A stretch of 64,000 nt of DNA, from positions 1 to 64,000 of the IMG/VR virus record IMGVR_UViG_3300032893_000024. The stretch is one strand, 5' to 3'. The notes beneath the pieces were generated by a model. It had not been told where the DNA came from. It saw nothing but the letters and a program-made list of their open reading frames with translations, and searched no databases. The stretch's first letter is position 1; every line of letters begins with the position of its first letter. This DNA comes from a virus. The position numbers and the translations under genes are program-made. This document shows positions 1 to 8,173 of this stretch, in pieces.

Positions 1-310
1 GGAGGCGATTGTAATCTGTGGGCGCCTCCGACACCATGACAGCGCGCGTGGAGCCGCAACGGCAATTGCGTTGCTCCCATACAGCCCCAAAGTAAACCTG
101 AGCGCCAACGTACGGAAGCTCTTTCCAGTCCTCCGCGGAGTGCCGCGCACCGCAAAGCGGGCACTCGTTCACGATCGCCGGAGCCGCCTCGCGGCGAAAC
201 GGTTGGGTGGGTGCGTCGTCATCCTCTTCAGGTTGCGGAGGCGGGGGTGGATCGGACGGGCGGATGGTGGCGGCTGCGAACATGGTTGTAATGGCGAATT
301 CGCTGGTCAT
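1..310 (-). CDS. hypothetical small protein with CxxC...CxC zinc-ribbon-like motif (3' end runs off the window)
   Basis: Own translation of the minus strand. ATG at 310 (ATGA overlap with the stop of 307..552) gives MTSEFAITTMFAAATIRPSDPPPPPQPEEDDDAPTQPFRREAAPAIVNECPLCGARHSAEDWKELPYVGAQVYFGAVWEQRNCRCGSTRAVMV..., open to position 1. Not in the ORF track because there is no stop inside the window. Confidence 0.45.
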   Translation of the reverse strand, partial: MTSEFAITTMFAAATIRPSDPPPPPQPEEDDDAPTQPFRREAAPAIVNECPLCGARHSAEDWKELPYVGAQVYFGAVWEQRNCRCGSTRAVMVSEAPTDYNRL

Positions 311-552
311 TTGTTTTTACTCCACTCGATCGCGTAGGCGATCATTGCGTTGTATTCGGAGAGCGCCACTTCTGGCCGTTCCTCTCGAAGCAATGAATAG
401 GCGTATAGGGTGTACAAGTTACCCGTATTGATCCAAGGCTGGAGCATTCGCGCTGCTTGCTCCGGTCCAGCGTCTCCAGGTTGGGAGAATTTATCCCATG
501 CCTTGATGAGGTCCCATGCACTGATGAGAGATTTTTTCAGCTCCGTTTTCAT
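307..552 (-). CDS. hypothetical protein (81 aa)
   Basis: Internal ATG (M58 of track ORF 307..723) lies 1 nt after the stop of 554..868. The upstream part of the track ORF is an Arg-rich shadow frame. The product MKTELKKSLISAWDLIKAWDKF... has normal composition. Confidence 0.55.
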   Translation of the reverse strand: MKTELKKSLISAWDLIKAWDKFSQPGDAGPEQAARMLQPWINTGNLYTLYAYSLLREERPEVALSEYNAMIAYAIEWSKNK

Positions 553-553
553 C

Positions 554-868
554 CTATCCTGCCTTTGAAAACGCTTTCCGCCGGATCTCCCATCCCGAAT
601 CGTTCGTTTCCGCATACACCTCGATCGGCCATCCGTCGTCGGCCGCGAACGAAAGCGCGGCGTGCGCCGCTGCGTCGATCGCCTCCGGCGCGTCGAGCGC
701 GTGCTTGCTGGCAATCGAAGCACTCACATACTGAGTGCAGCTGTACAAGTCTTCGTTCTCCGGATACGGAGCGATCACACACTTGTAGTCGGCTGCGTTG
801 CGAACGGAGGCGATCGGAGAGAGTACGGTGACTTTGATGCGGAGCGCTCCGCAGTATCTGATACTCAT
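554..868 (-). CDS. hypothetical protein (104 aa)
   Basis: Track ORF with balanced composition, tightly packed between neighbouring minus-strand genes. Confidence 0.6.
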   Translation of the reverse strand: MSIRYCGALRIKVTVLSPIASVRNAADYKCVIAPYPENEDLYSCTQYVSASIASKHALDAPEAIDAAAHAALSFAADDGWPIEVYAETNDSGWEIRRKAFSKAG

Positions 869-1068
869 CCGATATCCACTTTTTTTGAGTTACGAACCTG
901 TAACACGAGTGAATGCCAAGCGTTCGCTTCGTTTGAAGCGATAGCGGTCCACTTACCGCCGCTTGGCGTGTACGCGGTAACCATAATTTCTCCGTTGCGG
1001 GTTCGTTGTTTTACCCACGCATCGGGAACAAGCGCGTGAATTTCCTTCTCGGCTTTATACCTATTCAT
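865..1068 (-). CDS. hypothetical protein (67 aa)
   Basis: ATG at 1068 (M18 of track ORF 865..1119) is preceded by AGGAGG 4 nt upstream. Product MNRYKAEKEIHALVPDAWVKQ... Confidence 0.6.
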   Translation of the reverse strand: MNRYKAEKEIHALVPDAWVKQRTRNGEIMVTAYTPSGGKWTAIASNEANAWHSLVLQVRNSKKVDIG

Positions 1069-1137
1069 TCGTCCTCCTATTGAGTCACTCTGGAGCTCGG
1101 ACGAGCAGACGGAAGTCATCGCATTTGGGTTAGGTCT

Positions 1138-1332
1138 CTAGTGGCGCTGGTGCATACCAGTGTCGTCCCGGACATGGTGCCACCCCGGATCGGCAGCCTT
1201 TATGTATTCGCCAAGCTCCCACTACCCGGCGCCCGCGCGAAACAGTTTCGCCTCCCACGGGAGCATATCGCCATGGTTCACACCGTACGCTTCCCACGGC
1301 TCCCCGCAAACGACGCAGCGAATGTCACTCAT
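1138..1332 (-). pseudogene. small Cys-containing ORF interrupted by an in-frame TAG
   Basis: Own codon-by-codon translation gives MSDIRCVVCGEPWEAYGVNHGDMLPWEAKLFRAGAG, then TAG (1224-1222). The same frame continues protein-like as WELGEYIKAADPGWHHVRDDTGMHQRH to TAG (1140-1138). Confidence 0.3.
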
Positions 1333-1637
1333 CGCCCGAGCCCTTTCGTGAGACGTCCACCTGAGAGAGGTCTGCCTCATTCATCCACGAGTAGTGTCCG
1401 ACGTTCACGATACCGGTACCGCTGCAATTGTCTTGCATCTCGTATCCCTCGATGAGCTCGGGGTAATCGCGTTCGCCCATGTCCGCTGCGGTGGCCCACG
1501 CTGCAAGGATGCGCTTTTCTTCCGTATGCAGTGCGTCAAGCCACGCGCTCCACTCTTCACTTCCGTACGCGGGCGATGGGTTTGACTTTAGGAGATGACT
1601 TGCATGTATTCCAAACGTGCTCTGCCATGCTTACCAT
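1325..1637 (-). pseudogene. ORF apparently split by a frameshift
   Basis: ATG 1637 gives MVSMAEHVWNTCKSSPKVKPIARVRK then a stop. The adjacent frame carries a protein-like continuation, ...SPAYGSEEWSAWLDALHTEEKRILAAWATAADMGERDYPELIEGYEMQDNCSGTGIVNVGHYSWMNEADLSQVDVSRKGSGDE, with no ATG/GTG/TTG before its internal Met. Confidence 0.3.
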
Positions 1638-2024
1638 CCTAATGCCTTAGGCCCGCCCCACCTTGCGATGGGAGCGGGCCGGGGCGCTCTCTCTCTCGCC
1701 CGCCAGTCAACATGTGACCCTAACTGGTTCCCGTCAACGTCTCTCGAACGTCTCCGCTATCGCGCTTGCGGACGCTCCAGGATGCTCCCGATCACGCGCC
1801 CATTTCCCGCGCATACAGGTGGGCTGGAAAGGATCCATTGCTCGGATCGCCGCTTCAAATGATGCGATTCGTTGGATCCGAAGCGTAACGGGGCGCCGCG
1901 TAGCGTAGATCTTGCCCGGCAGGCGCGGCATGACGGGAGCGGGAGGCTTTTGCATGCAAGAATCTGCTAGCAAAAGCAGAGCCAGCATGTAAATGCTTGA
2001 AACAATTGCTACGGGAGCGAAAAC

Positions 2025-2054
2025 GTGTGTCTACGTGGACACACCGGTGTGTCT
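2025..2054. promoter_or_regulatory. operator-like near-perfect 20-bp palindrome plus third half-site
   Basis: GTGTGTCTAC/GTGGACACAC (one mismatch to perfect dyad symmetry) at 2025-2044. GTGTGTCT is repeated at 2047-2054. Lies in non-coding DNA. Confidence 0.4.
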
Positions 2055-2190
2055 CCGCGCGTTTGCCTCGCTCGGCTGGCCACTTGACCGGCGATCGTTC
2101 CAAAAACGGCCCGTTAGAGCGCTCCAGCGCCATTCTAAGAGCTCGGATCGCTCTTTCCAGGGGGCCCTAAGAGCGTCACCTAGCACCCTT

Positions 2191-2220
2191 TGGCGCTCAT
2201 CCTGAGCGCCCCTGAGCGCC
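2191..2220. repeat. short repeat cluster (TGAGCGCC x3, one inverted)
   Basis: GGCGCTCA at 2192-2199 is followed by a tandem CCTGAGCGCC CCTGAGCGCC at 2201-2220. Nearby, CTAAGAGC occurs twice (2134, 2167) and CCAAAACGCC-NN-GGATC twice (2221, 2274). Confidence 0.6.
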
Positions 2221-2353
2221 CCAAAACGCCATGGATCGCCAGCCTACCGCGCGTTTTCCGCGCAAAAACTGGACCAAAACGCCGCGGATCCCGCGCTAGC
2301 GCCGCGCGATCAGAACGCGAGCGAAAACGCTTTCGCGGACGAATGCCGGGGCA

Positions 2354-2381
2354 CCCCAGCCGGACCGTCGCCCGGCTGGGG
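2354..2381 (-). terminator. GC-rich hairpin downstream of the integrase/KGG/glycosyltransferase unit
   Basis: Perfect 10-bp stem CCCCAGCCGG / CCGGCTGGGG with an 8-nt loop, ~105 nt past the stop of 2487..3659. No clear U-tract. Confidence 0.4.
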
Positions 2382-2486
2382 GCCGGCGCTCAATGAGGGC
2401 GGCGCGCCAACGTCTTGGCGCTTACCCGTCTCTTTCGAGCCCTGCTTTACGTGGCAATCCCGGCCACAACGTTGGGCCAGAATCGC

Positions 2487-3659
2487 CTAGCGGCGTCGCT
2501 TCCCGCCCGCAGCAGCCTTGGGCGCGGCTGGCGCGCTAGCGGGCTTTCCTGCCGCTTGCTCGCGGCAAAACGCCAGGTTTCCCTCCACGCGCTTCCGTTC
2601 CCCTTCGGGAAGACAGCGGGAAAGGGTCCGGATGCACGCTTGAATCGCCTCGTCATGCTTCCCGGCCCACGAGGCAGCTACCGCGTACTCGTCCAGCGCC
2701 CGCCATTCGTAGACGGAGTCATCCACGAAAAGAATGTCTGCCGGCCGCGGCATCCGCGCCGCTTCCCGCGCAAAAGGGAGCCCAGCTACCGGCCGATTCT
2801 TTTGGCGGAGGTACGCCGCGAGGTAGCAAAGCGGCTCGGCCCGTGCCGGCCGCGCCTCCCATGCGATGAGGTAGCGATGCGTGACCACCGCGTCGCCCGC
2901 GTTGAGCTTCGCGGCAAGCTTCCCCATCTCGAGCAGGCTGTAAAACACCTCCTCCGGCCACCCGCCCATGTCGGCGCGCGCCTTGTACGCGGCCAGCGCG
3001 CGCTCGTGCTCACTGCAGTCGCGCCAGCTTTGGGCCAGGTAAAATTGGTAGCGGCGTCGGAGCTCATCGTCCAACTCCACGGCGAGGGCCTGCTCGAGAA
3101 CCGCGGCATCCTTCCGGTACTTGTCCGGATCGCGGGAACGAGCTCCCTCGTTGCCGTGGCGCACGTAGGCAGGCCACCCAAGATCCGCACCGCGCGCGCC
3201 GTTTGGCGAGCAGAGAACCTCGTGCAGAACGCCACGGTACCGGTAACCGAGCGTTCCGCGAAACAGCTGCGTCCGACGGTACGAGCAGTCGGAATCCCGG
3301 ATCGGGAGCGTGTAGTGGTCGAACGGACCGAGGAAACGCCGAAACTGCGGGATGTTTCGACCGTCTCCCGTGGTCGCCAAGACGTCGTCCGCATCGATCA
3401 CCAGCAGGTAATCGGCGAGCGGCGCGGCGAGCTTGATCGCTTCGTTCCGGTTGTGGGCGAAATCCTGCCAGGGACGCTCGTGGAGCGCCCCCGGCAGGCC
3501 TTTCAGTTCTTCCAACACGATATGTTGGGTGCCGTCCGTCGATCCGGTGTCCACGATGCACCAGGCGTCGATGATCGGGCGAACGGAGTCGAGGCATCGC
3601 TTGATGACGTGCGCCTCGTTCTTGACGATCATGCAGAGGCAGACGGTCGGCGTTCCCAT
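2487..3659 (-). CDS. family-2 glycosyltransferase with C-terminal TPR-like helical repeats
   Basis: N-terminal motifs CLCMIVKNE, DTGSTDGT and IDADD (DxD) are typical of GT2 (SpsA-like). The C-terminal half is helical-repeat-like. Confidence 0.8.
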   Translation of the reverse strand: MGTPTVCLCMIVKNEAHVIKRCLDSVRPIIDAWCIVDTGSTDGTQHIVLEELKGLPGALHERPWQDFAHNRNEAIKLAAPLADYLLVIDADDVLATTGDGRNIPQFRRFLGPFDHYTLPIRDSDCSYRRTQLFRGTLGYRYRGVLHEVLCSPNGARGADLGWPAYVRHGNEGARSRDPDKYRKDAAVLEQALAVELDDELRRRYQFYLAQSWRDCSEHERALAAYKARADMGGWPEEVFYSLLEMGKLAAKLNAGDAVVTHRYLIAWEARPARAEPLCYLAAYLRQKNRPVAGLPFAREAARMPRPADILFVDDSVYEWRALDEYAVAASWAGKHDEAIQACIRTLSRCLPEGERKRVEGNLAFCREQAAGKPASAPAAPKAAAGGKRRR

Positions 3660-3685
3660 TTTCAGGCTCCCTGGGCTCGTTTGCT

Positions 3686-3913
3686 CTAGTTCGCGCCTCG
3701 CTGGACGCCACCCTTTCGGCCGATCTCCGCCATGTGCTCCCGGTTCTGCGCGACGGTCTTTCCTCCCTTTTTCCCAGCCTCGCGGGCTTCCTCGCTGGAA
3801 AACTTGTGGGCTTTACCCTGCTCGTGAGCCGATTTCCCGCCTTTGGAAGCGATCTCGCGGTGCTTCTCCGGATCCATGCTCGCAAATCCCCGCTTTGATT
3901 TCGTCTCGTTCAT
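3686..3913 (-). CDS. KGG-repeat general stress protein
   Basis: 75 aa with repeated KGG motifs (SKGGKSAHEQG, GKKGGKT, GRKGG), characteristic of the stress-induced KGG repeat family. Confidence 0.75.
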   Translation of the reverse strand: MNETKSKRGFASMDPEKHREIASKGGKSAHEQGKAHKFSSEEAREAGKKGGKTVAQNREHMAEIGRKGGVQRGAN

Positions 3914-3949
3914 GTTTTTCCTCTTCGTTTCGGTTGTTTTCGTTTCGAT

Positions 3950-4936
3950 TCAGTAGATTTCAGCTTCGTTTACTGCTTGATCCGCTTCCGCGTCGCCGCG
4001 CCGGTCGTATTTTTGCGTCGTTTCTGGCTTGGAATGGCCCATGAGACGCTGAACGATCAGGAGATCGACACCTCGCCGCAAGAGGCGCGTGGCGTACGTG
4101 CGGCGAAAATCGTGCGGCGTCACCGGAAGCACCTCGCCGCCCGGTCCAGCCATGATCGGCGCCCACGACGACACGAGTTTGTACAGGGTTTGCAGGCTGA
4201 AACCGCGCGCGTGGACCGTTCCGTCCTTCGTCACGCGAGGGAACATGCGCGACGTCGTATCGGCGAAGTTGCGGCGCACGTTGATCCAGCTATTCAAATC
4301 GGTGATCGCTGCCGTCTCGAGCGGGATCCGGCGCTGTTTGTTGCCCTTGCCGATGATGTCCAACGCTCGACCGTTGAAAGAATCACGAGTGAGTTCGCAC
4401 ACTTCTTCGCGACGCAAGCCAGCGCCGAGCAAAACGGCGCAGAGGCCGCGGAGCATCGCGCCGTACGGGCCTGGAGTGGCTTCAAAGGCCGCGCGGAGGC
4501 GCGTCGTCTCTTCCGCGAGGAGCTCGCGGCCCGCGGGAAGTCGGAAACCGCGCATCGGATCGATGTCGAGCAGGCGATGGTACCGGTCCGTGTCGATTTG
4601 GTGCAGGCGCCAGGCCGTTTTGAACACCCCGCGGAGTGCACATAGGGTCAAATTGACGGTTGCGATCGAGAACCGCGCAGCCATCTGCGCGCGGATCGCT
4701 TCGACCTCCGGAAAATCGAGCGCGATCCAGGGAAAATCGGCGAAATTCTCGACGCCGCGCATCGCGGCGACGCATTTGAGCCGCTCCCGCATCGTGTCGC
4801 GCGTGCGTTTGGACTGTCGGCTGGCGAGGTACACGAGGGCTGCGTTCCGCTGGTCGGCGCGGGCCTGATCCGGGAAGGAAAGCGCGCCTGAGGGAGTGAG
4901 AACGAGGCCGAACTCGGGTTTTTCCTCGGAATTCAT
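3950..4936 (-). CDS. int: tyrosine recombinase / phage integrase
   Basis: Catalytic signature GLRREE (Arg), GKGNKQR (Lys), HDFRRT (His-x-x-Arg), MGHS (His), TQKY (Tyr). Confidence 0.9.
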   Translation of the reverse strand: MNSEEKPEFGLVLTPSGALSFPDQARADQRNAALVYLASRQSKRTRDTMRERLKCVAAMRGVENFADFPWIALDFPEVEAIRAQMAARFSIATVNLTLCALRGVFKTAWRLHQIDTDRYHRLLDIDPMRGFRLPAGRELLAEETTRLRAAFEATPGPYGAMLRGLCAVLLGAGLRREEVCELTRDSFNGRALDIIGKGNKQRRIPLETAAITDLNSWINVRRNFADTTSRMFPRVTKDGTVHARGFSLQTLYKLVSSWAPIMAGPGGEVLPVTPHDFRRTYATRLLRRGVDLLIVQRLMGHSKPETTQKYDRRGDAEADQAVNEAEIY

Positions 4937-4941
4937 CGTTT

Positions 4942-5238
4942 TTATGAAGCCGCGTTCCGAACGGCGGCACGACAGGCGAGGAACGCCTTGCAGCCGGCCT
5001 CGAAAGCGTCGAGGTAGCGGTTCCAGTCAGCAGAGCTGATATGGCCATCAGTAGTTGCCCTGATGGCGTCGATGGTCTCTCCCATGCCAGTCATCGCTCC
5101 CGTCAACATACCGATCGCCTTTTGAGGGGTTTTGGTGTCTTCGATCGCCATATTTTCCCAGTCTTCTCTCAACATTGGGTCGAGACGGACCGTGGCTGCA
5201 ATGAACTCCCTCGCATCGTCCTGCCATGCCATCGTCAT
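4942..5238 (-). CDS. hypothetical protein (98 aa)
   Basis: ATG 5238 (M89 of track ORF 4942..5502) forms an ATGA overlap with the stop of 5238..5495. The upstream part of the track ORF is a shadow frame. Confidence 0.6.
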   Translation of the reverse strand: MTMAWQDDAREFIAATVRLDPMLREDWENMAIEDTKTPQKAIGMLTGAMTGMGETIDAIRATTDGHISSADWNRYLDAFEAGCKAFLACRAAVRNAAS

Positions 5239-5495
5239 CACCCGCTCCTTCGTTCCTCTTCCCAGTCCCGGAAGATCTCCTCGCCCCGCGGATCCGGTCC
5301 CTTCCCGTACTCGTCGAGCGTTTCGGGGTACGGACGCGGGAACCATCCCTCGTTTCGATCGGGATACCGCGCTTTTTCTCGCGCTTCCCGTTCCGATCCG
5401 GTCCACGCCCTCGGATCGAGGGGATGACGGGAGAGCCAGCCGCCCTTGGGCGCGCGCTTGTCGCCCAGGATGAAAACGCCCCACTGACTCACCAT
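5238..5495 (-). CDS. hypothetical protein (85 aa)
   Basis: Track ORF. GAAAGGGG precedes ATG 5495. First gene of a leftward unit at a divergent intergenic region. Confidence 0.6.
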   Translation of the reverse strand: MVSQWGVFILGDKRAPKGGWLSRHPLDPRAWTGSEREAREKARYPDRNEGWFPRPYPETLDEYGKGPDPRGEEIFRDWEEERRSG

Positions 5496-5577
5496 CGCAC
5501 ACCCCTTTCTCAGACCGTTGTTTGTGTAAGGGCTGTTAGGTAACCCACCTGGGAAGCAGGTGCAAGCGATAAATTAC

Positions 5578-5605
5578 TTGCCGCTTTCCACTTGTCGAGT
5601 AAAAA
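5578..5605 (+). promoter_or_regulatory. candidate sigma70-like promoter of the rightward early block
   Basis: TTGCCG-16 nt-TAAAAA, ~25 nt upstream of GTG 5630 (RBS AAAGGGG). Confidence 0.3.
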
Positions 5606-5629
5606 CGACCGTCACGAAAGGGGTGACAA

Positions 5630-6223
5630 GTGGGAGCACACCGAGAGCAGATGAAAAAGATCGCGCGCGAGTGGTTGGCAGGCGACCGAGCCAACCACGA
5701 AATGGACATCCTGTGTGAACTCATCCTTTCGGATGATGGGTCGGATGGTCAGACGCTTCGAGAGCAGGTGAAAGAGTTTCACTACGTGGTGACGGGTGAA
5801 CCCTTTCGAGCGGTGCCTGGGATCGTACCGGACGAAGTGGTGCGGCTACGCGCCGCGCTGGTCGCGGAAGAGTTCTTCGAGACGATACAGGCGCTGTTTA
5901 GCGTCGGATGGTCTCGCTCTGAGCTGGAGAGGATGAAGAAAAATTTACTCGACAGCATCAACGGCGTTACACCGCGTGCTGCGTTCACGGTAAACGTGGA
6001 TCTCCCGGAGCTCGCCGACGGTCTCGCAGACCTCGACTATGTGGTCGAAGGAACACGCCTCGCGTTCGGAATCGACGGTGCTCCTATCGCTGCTGCCGTG
6101 CATGCAGCAAACATGGCCAAGGCCGGAGGCCCCATTTCTCCGAACGGAAAACGGCTGAAGCCGCCTGGCTGGACTCCGCCGGACGTGGAGGGCGAGCTCA
6201 AAAAGCAGGGTTGGAAGCCGTGA
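5630..6223 (+). CDS. MazG-like all-alpha nucleoside triphosphate pyrophosphohydrolase
   Basis: Acidic helix motifs LVAEEFFETIQA and LADGLADLDYVVEG resemble the EExxE / DxxD metal-binding helices of MazG-like phage NTP-PPases. Family assignment is by eye only. Confidence 0.55.
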   Translation: MGAHREQMKKIAREWLAGDRANHEMDILCELILSDDGSDGQTLREQVKEFHYVVTGEPFRAVPGIVPDEVVRLRAALVAEEFFETIQALFSVGWSRSELERMKKNLLDSINGVTPRAAFTVNVDLPELADGLADLDYVVEGTRLAFGIDGAPIAAAVHAANMAKAGGPISPNGKRLKPPGWTPPDVEGELKKQGWKP

Positions 6224-6690
6224 GGTGGCGTCCCATTCCGGACCATCCCCGCTACGAAGTGTCATCGCTTGGCGACGTCCGGGTAGCGCGAACCGGGCGA
6301 ATCATCCGAGCGCGGTATCCCAGCGATTCGGGCTACGCGCGCGTGATACTGTCCGGTCGCAAGGTCCGCCTGCATCTCATCGTGCTTCGCGTGTTTCGCG
6401 GGCCTCCGCCGAGCTCACGCCACCATGGGGGCCACCGGAACGGCGATAAGGGCGACAATCGCCTGCGAAATCTCCGCTGGGTTCTCCCAGTGGAGAACGA
6501 GGCTGATAAGCGCCGGCACGGTACCCATCGAGGTGGCGGCGCCAAAACTCCACCGTCGCTCTCTACCGTGATGATGATCCGAAAGCTCGTCCGGGATGGG
6601 CGCTCTTACTCGAGCCTTGCGCGCGCGCTGAAGTTACATCGATCAACCGTCTCGCGCTACGCGCGCGGGCTGAGAAGGAGGTACTCGTGA
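6220..6690 (+). CDS. HNH homing endonuclease (NUMOD4-like N-terminus)
   Basis: WRPIPDHPRYEVSSLGDVR (NUMOD4-like) and GHRNGDKGDNRLRNLRW (HNH). GTG 6220 forms a GTGA overlap with the upstream stop (the track ORF starts at TTG 6211). Confidence 0.8.
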   Translation: MRWRPIPDHPRYEVSSLGDVRVARTGRIIRARYPSDSGYARVILSGRKVRLHLIVLRVFRGPPPSSRHHGGHRNGDKGDNRLRNLRWVLPVENEADKRRHGTHRGGGAKTPPSLSTVMMIRKLVRDGRSYSSLARALKLHRSTVSRYARGLRRRYS

Positions 6691-7355
6691 GCGATCATTT
6701 TCGCTACGAAACGGCATCGCACGGCGACATCTCTCACCAGGAGATGCTTATGACGACCAAATCGCTCGTTCGCTTCATATTGGAGCGCGCCACGGCTTAC
6801 GATTGGTCTTGGCAGGGCCTTGGGATGTTCCGGCTCTATCTGTCGCGCTCGACGCGCCTACACGTGTGGGATCCATCTTCCGCGGTGAAAAATGTTTCAA
6901 CGCTCCACACGCATCCGTGGCATTTCACATCGACGGTCATCTCTGGAGCGATCACGGATCGGCTTTTTGAAATGAAAGCAGGTTACGGTGGTTCTCTGGC
7001 AACTTACGATGGTTCTCTGGCGACACACATGCGACAGCGCATCGTGTGCGGGCCTGGAGGCCATGAAACAAATGATCGGCCCGAACCATGTCGCATCTCT
7101 TTGTTGCAAGAGGTGGTCGTTCCAGAAGGCTGCAGTTACAGCCTGGGAGCTTCTGCAATTCACGAATCGCGTCCGGAACCAGGGACCGTCACGATCATCG
7201 AACGCGAATTCCTGGAAGATACGGAACACGCTTTCGTCTTCTATCCTATCGGCGAACAGTGGGTGAGCGCGGTACCGAGGCCGGCGACTCACGAAGAGAT
7301 CGAGAGGATGGCAAAGCTAGCCCTCTCCAGAATGAAGATCGGAGAACCAACGTGA
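6687..7355 (+). CDS. cupin-like metalloprotein (function unknown)
   Basis: The HTHPWH...G and ...AIHES spacing resembles cupin metal-binding motifs. GTGA overlap with the HNH stop. Confidence 0.45.
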   Translation: MSDHFRYETASHGDISHQEMLMTTKSLVRFILERATAYDWSWQGLGMFRLYLSRSTRLHVWDPSSAVKNVSTLHTHPWHFTSTVISGAITDRLFEMKAGYGGSLATYDGSLATHMRQRIVCGPGGHETNDRPEPCRISLLQEVVVPEGCSYSLGASAIHESRPEPGTVTIIEREFLEDTEHAFVFYPIGEQWVSAVPRPATHEEIERMAKLALSRMKIGEPT

Positions 7356-7543
7356 TTGCTGCAATCGTTGCACCGCGCGAGATCCAGGATCGCGTAAAGA
7401 AACTGATCGACCGGGATGGGGTTGGTCACGTTGCTGAAAAGCTAGGCATCTCGAAGGAATCAGTTCTTCGAGTTGCCAGCGGAATGCCTGTTCGAGCAGG
7501 AACCATCGCACTCGTCGAGCAGAAACTAGGAGTAGATCGATGA
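7352..7543 (+). CDS. small helix-turn-helix DNA-binding protein (63 aa)
   Basis: GTG 7352 (GTGA overlap, GGAGAA upstream). HTH-like GVGHVAEKLGISKESVLRVASG. Confidence 0.55.
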   Translation: MIAAIVAPREIQDRVKKLIDRDGVGHVAEKLGISKESVLRVASGMPVRAGTIALVEQKLGVDR

Positions 7544-7863
7544 TCTGGAAACCTGTGATCGAACGCGAGGATGTTCTCGGATTCGAGCGGTTCGACCCGC
7601 AGATCTACCCGCGTCCAAACGCGCCAGTTCGTTTGCGATTGGAGATGGATCTCGAGATGGATCAGATCGTCCTCACCGAGGGGGACGTCACCAGCGAGAA
7701 GCCAGGCGCAGGCGCACAGCTGTGCGGCGTGAGTTCAACGATCGAGCTGAACGAAGACGAGGCAGATTGGCTTTACAAGAGTCTGGGCGCCCTCATTACG
7801 AGGATGAAGGCCATGAAAAACGGAGAGGAGCCGCCGCAGTTTGCGGTGAAGAGAAATGAGTAA
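7540..7863 (+). CDS. hypothetical protein (107 aa)
   Basis: Track ORF, ATGA overlap with the upstream gene. Confidence 0.6.
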   Translation: MIWKPVIEREDVLGFERFDPQIYPRPNAPVRLRLEMDLEMDQIVLTEGDVTSEKPGAGAQLCGVSSTIELNEDEADWLYKSLGALITRMKAMKNGEEPPQFAVKRNE

Positions 7864-8077
7864 GAAGGCGGAAGTTTTGATGCAGGGAGGTAGGAAGGTG
7901 CGAATCTTCTTGGATCTCCAAACGGTCATCGAACTCCCGATCGAAAAGGTCGCGATGTGCTTCGTAAACGATTTCCCGATTCCGGAGAACGGGAAGAAAA
8001 CCGTGATCGTTCCCGGAGCTTGGTCGAACGGTGATTTCGCTGTGGTTACGGTCGAGCTGGTGCCAGCAAAACCATGA
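7856..8077 (+). CDS. hypothetical protein (73 aa)
   Basis: Track ORF, 8-nt overlap with the upstream gene. Confidence 0.55.
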   Translation: MSKKAEVLMQGGRKVRIFLDLQTVIELPIEKVAMCFVNDFPIPENGKKTVIVPGAWSNGDFAVVTVELVPAKP

Positions 8078-8173
8078 ACTACGCTCGCTCATTGCGATGG
8101 TGATCGTTCTCGCGATGATTCACTCGTACATCTTTTACAAGATGCTGAAGCAAGATTGACCGGAGGTTGTGGA

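Noticed and set aside
1138-1332. Genome-wide TAG stop-codon reassignment suggested by the in-frame TAG
   Set aside because: Other confident genes end in TAG with non-protein-like sequence after it (e.g. 38310..38567, 58070..58369, 59121..59294). Standard-code ORFs are long and contiguous. A local defect is more likely.
1640-2486. tRNA gene or tRNA-derived att core in this and other intergenic spacers
   Set aside because: I found no T-arm-like GGTTCGAATCC-type sequence or cloverleaf-compatible repeats by eye. This cannot be excluded without tRNAscan-type software.
2415-3689. 424-aa plus-strand ORF covering the glycosyltransferase locus
   Set aside because: Arg/Pro/Leu-rich shadow frame antisense to a gene with clear GT2 motifs. 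Typical high-GC artefact.
8097-8159. 20-codon hydrophobic micro-ORF (MVIVLAMIHSYIFYKMLKQD) in the gap before 8174
   Set aside because: Too short, with no clear RBS. It may simply be spacer sequence.
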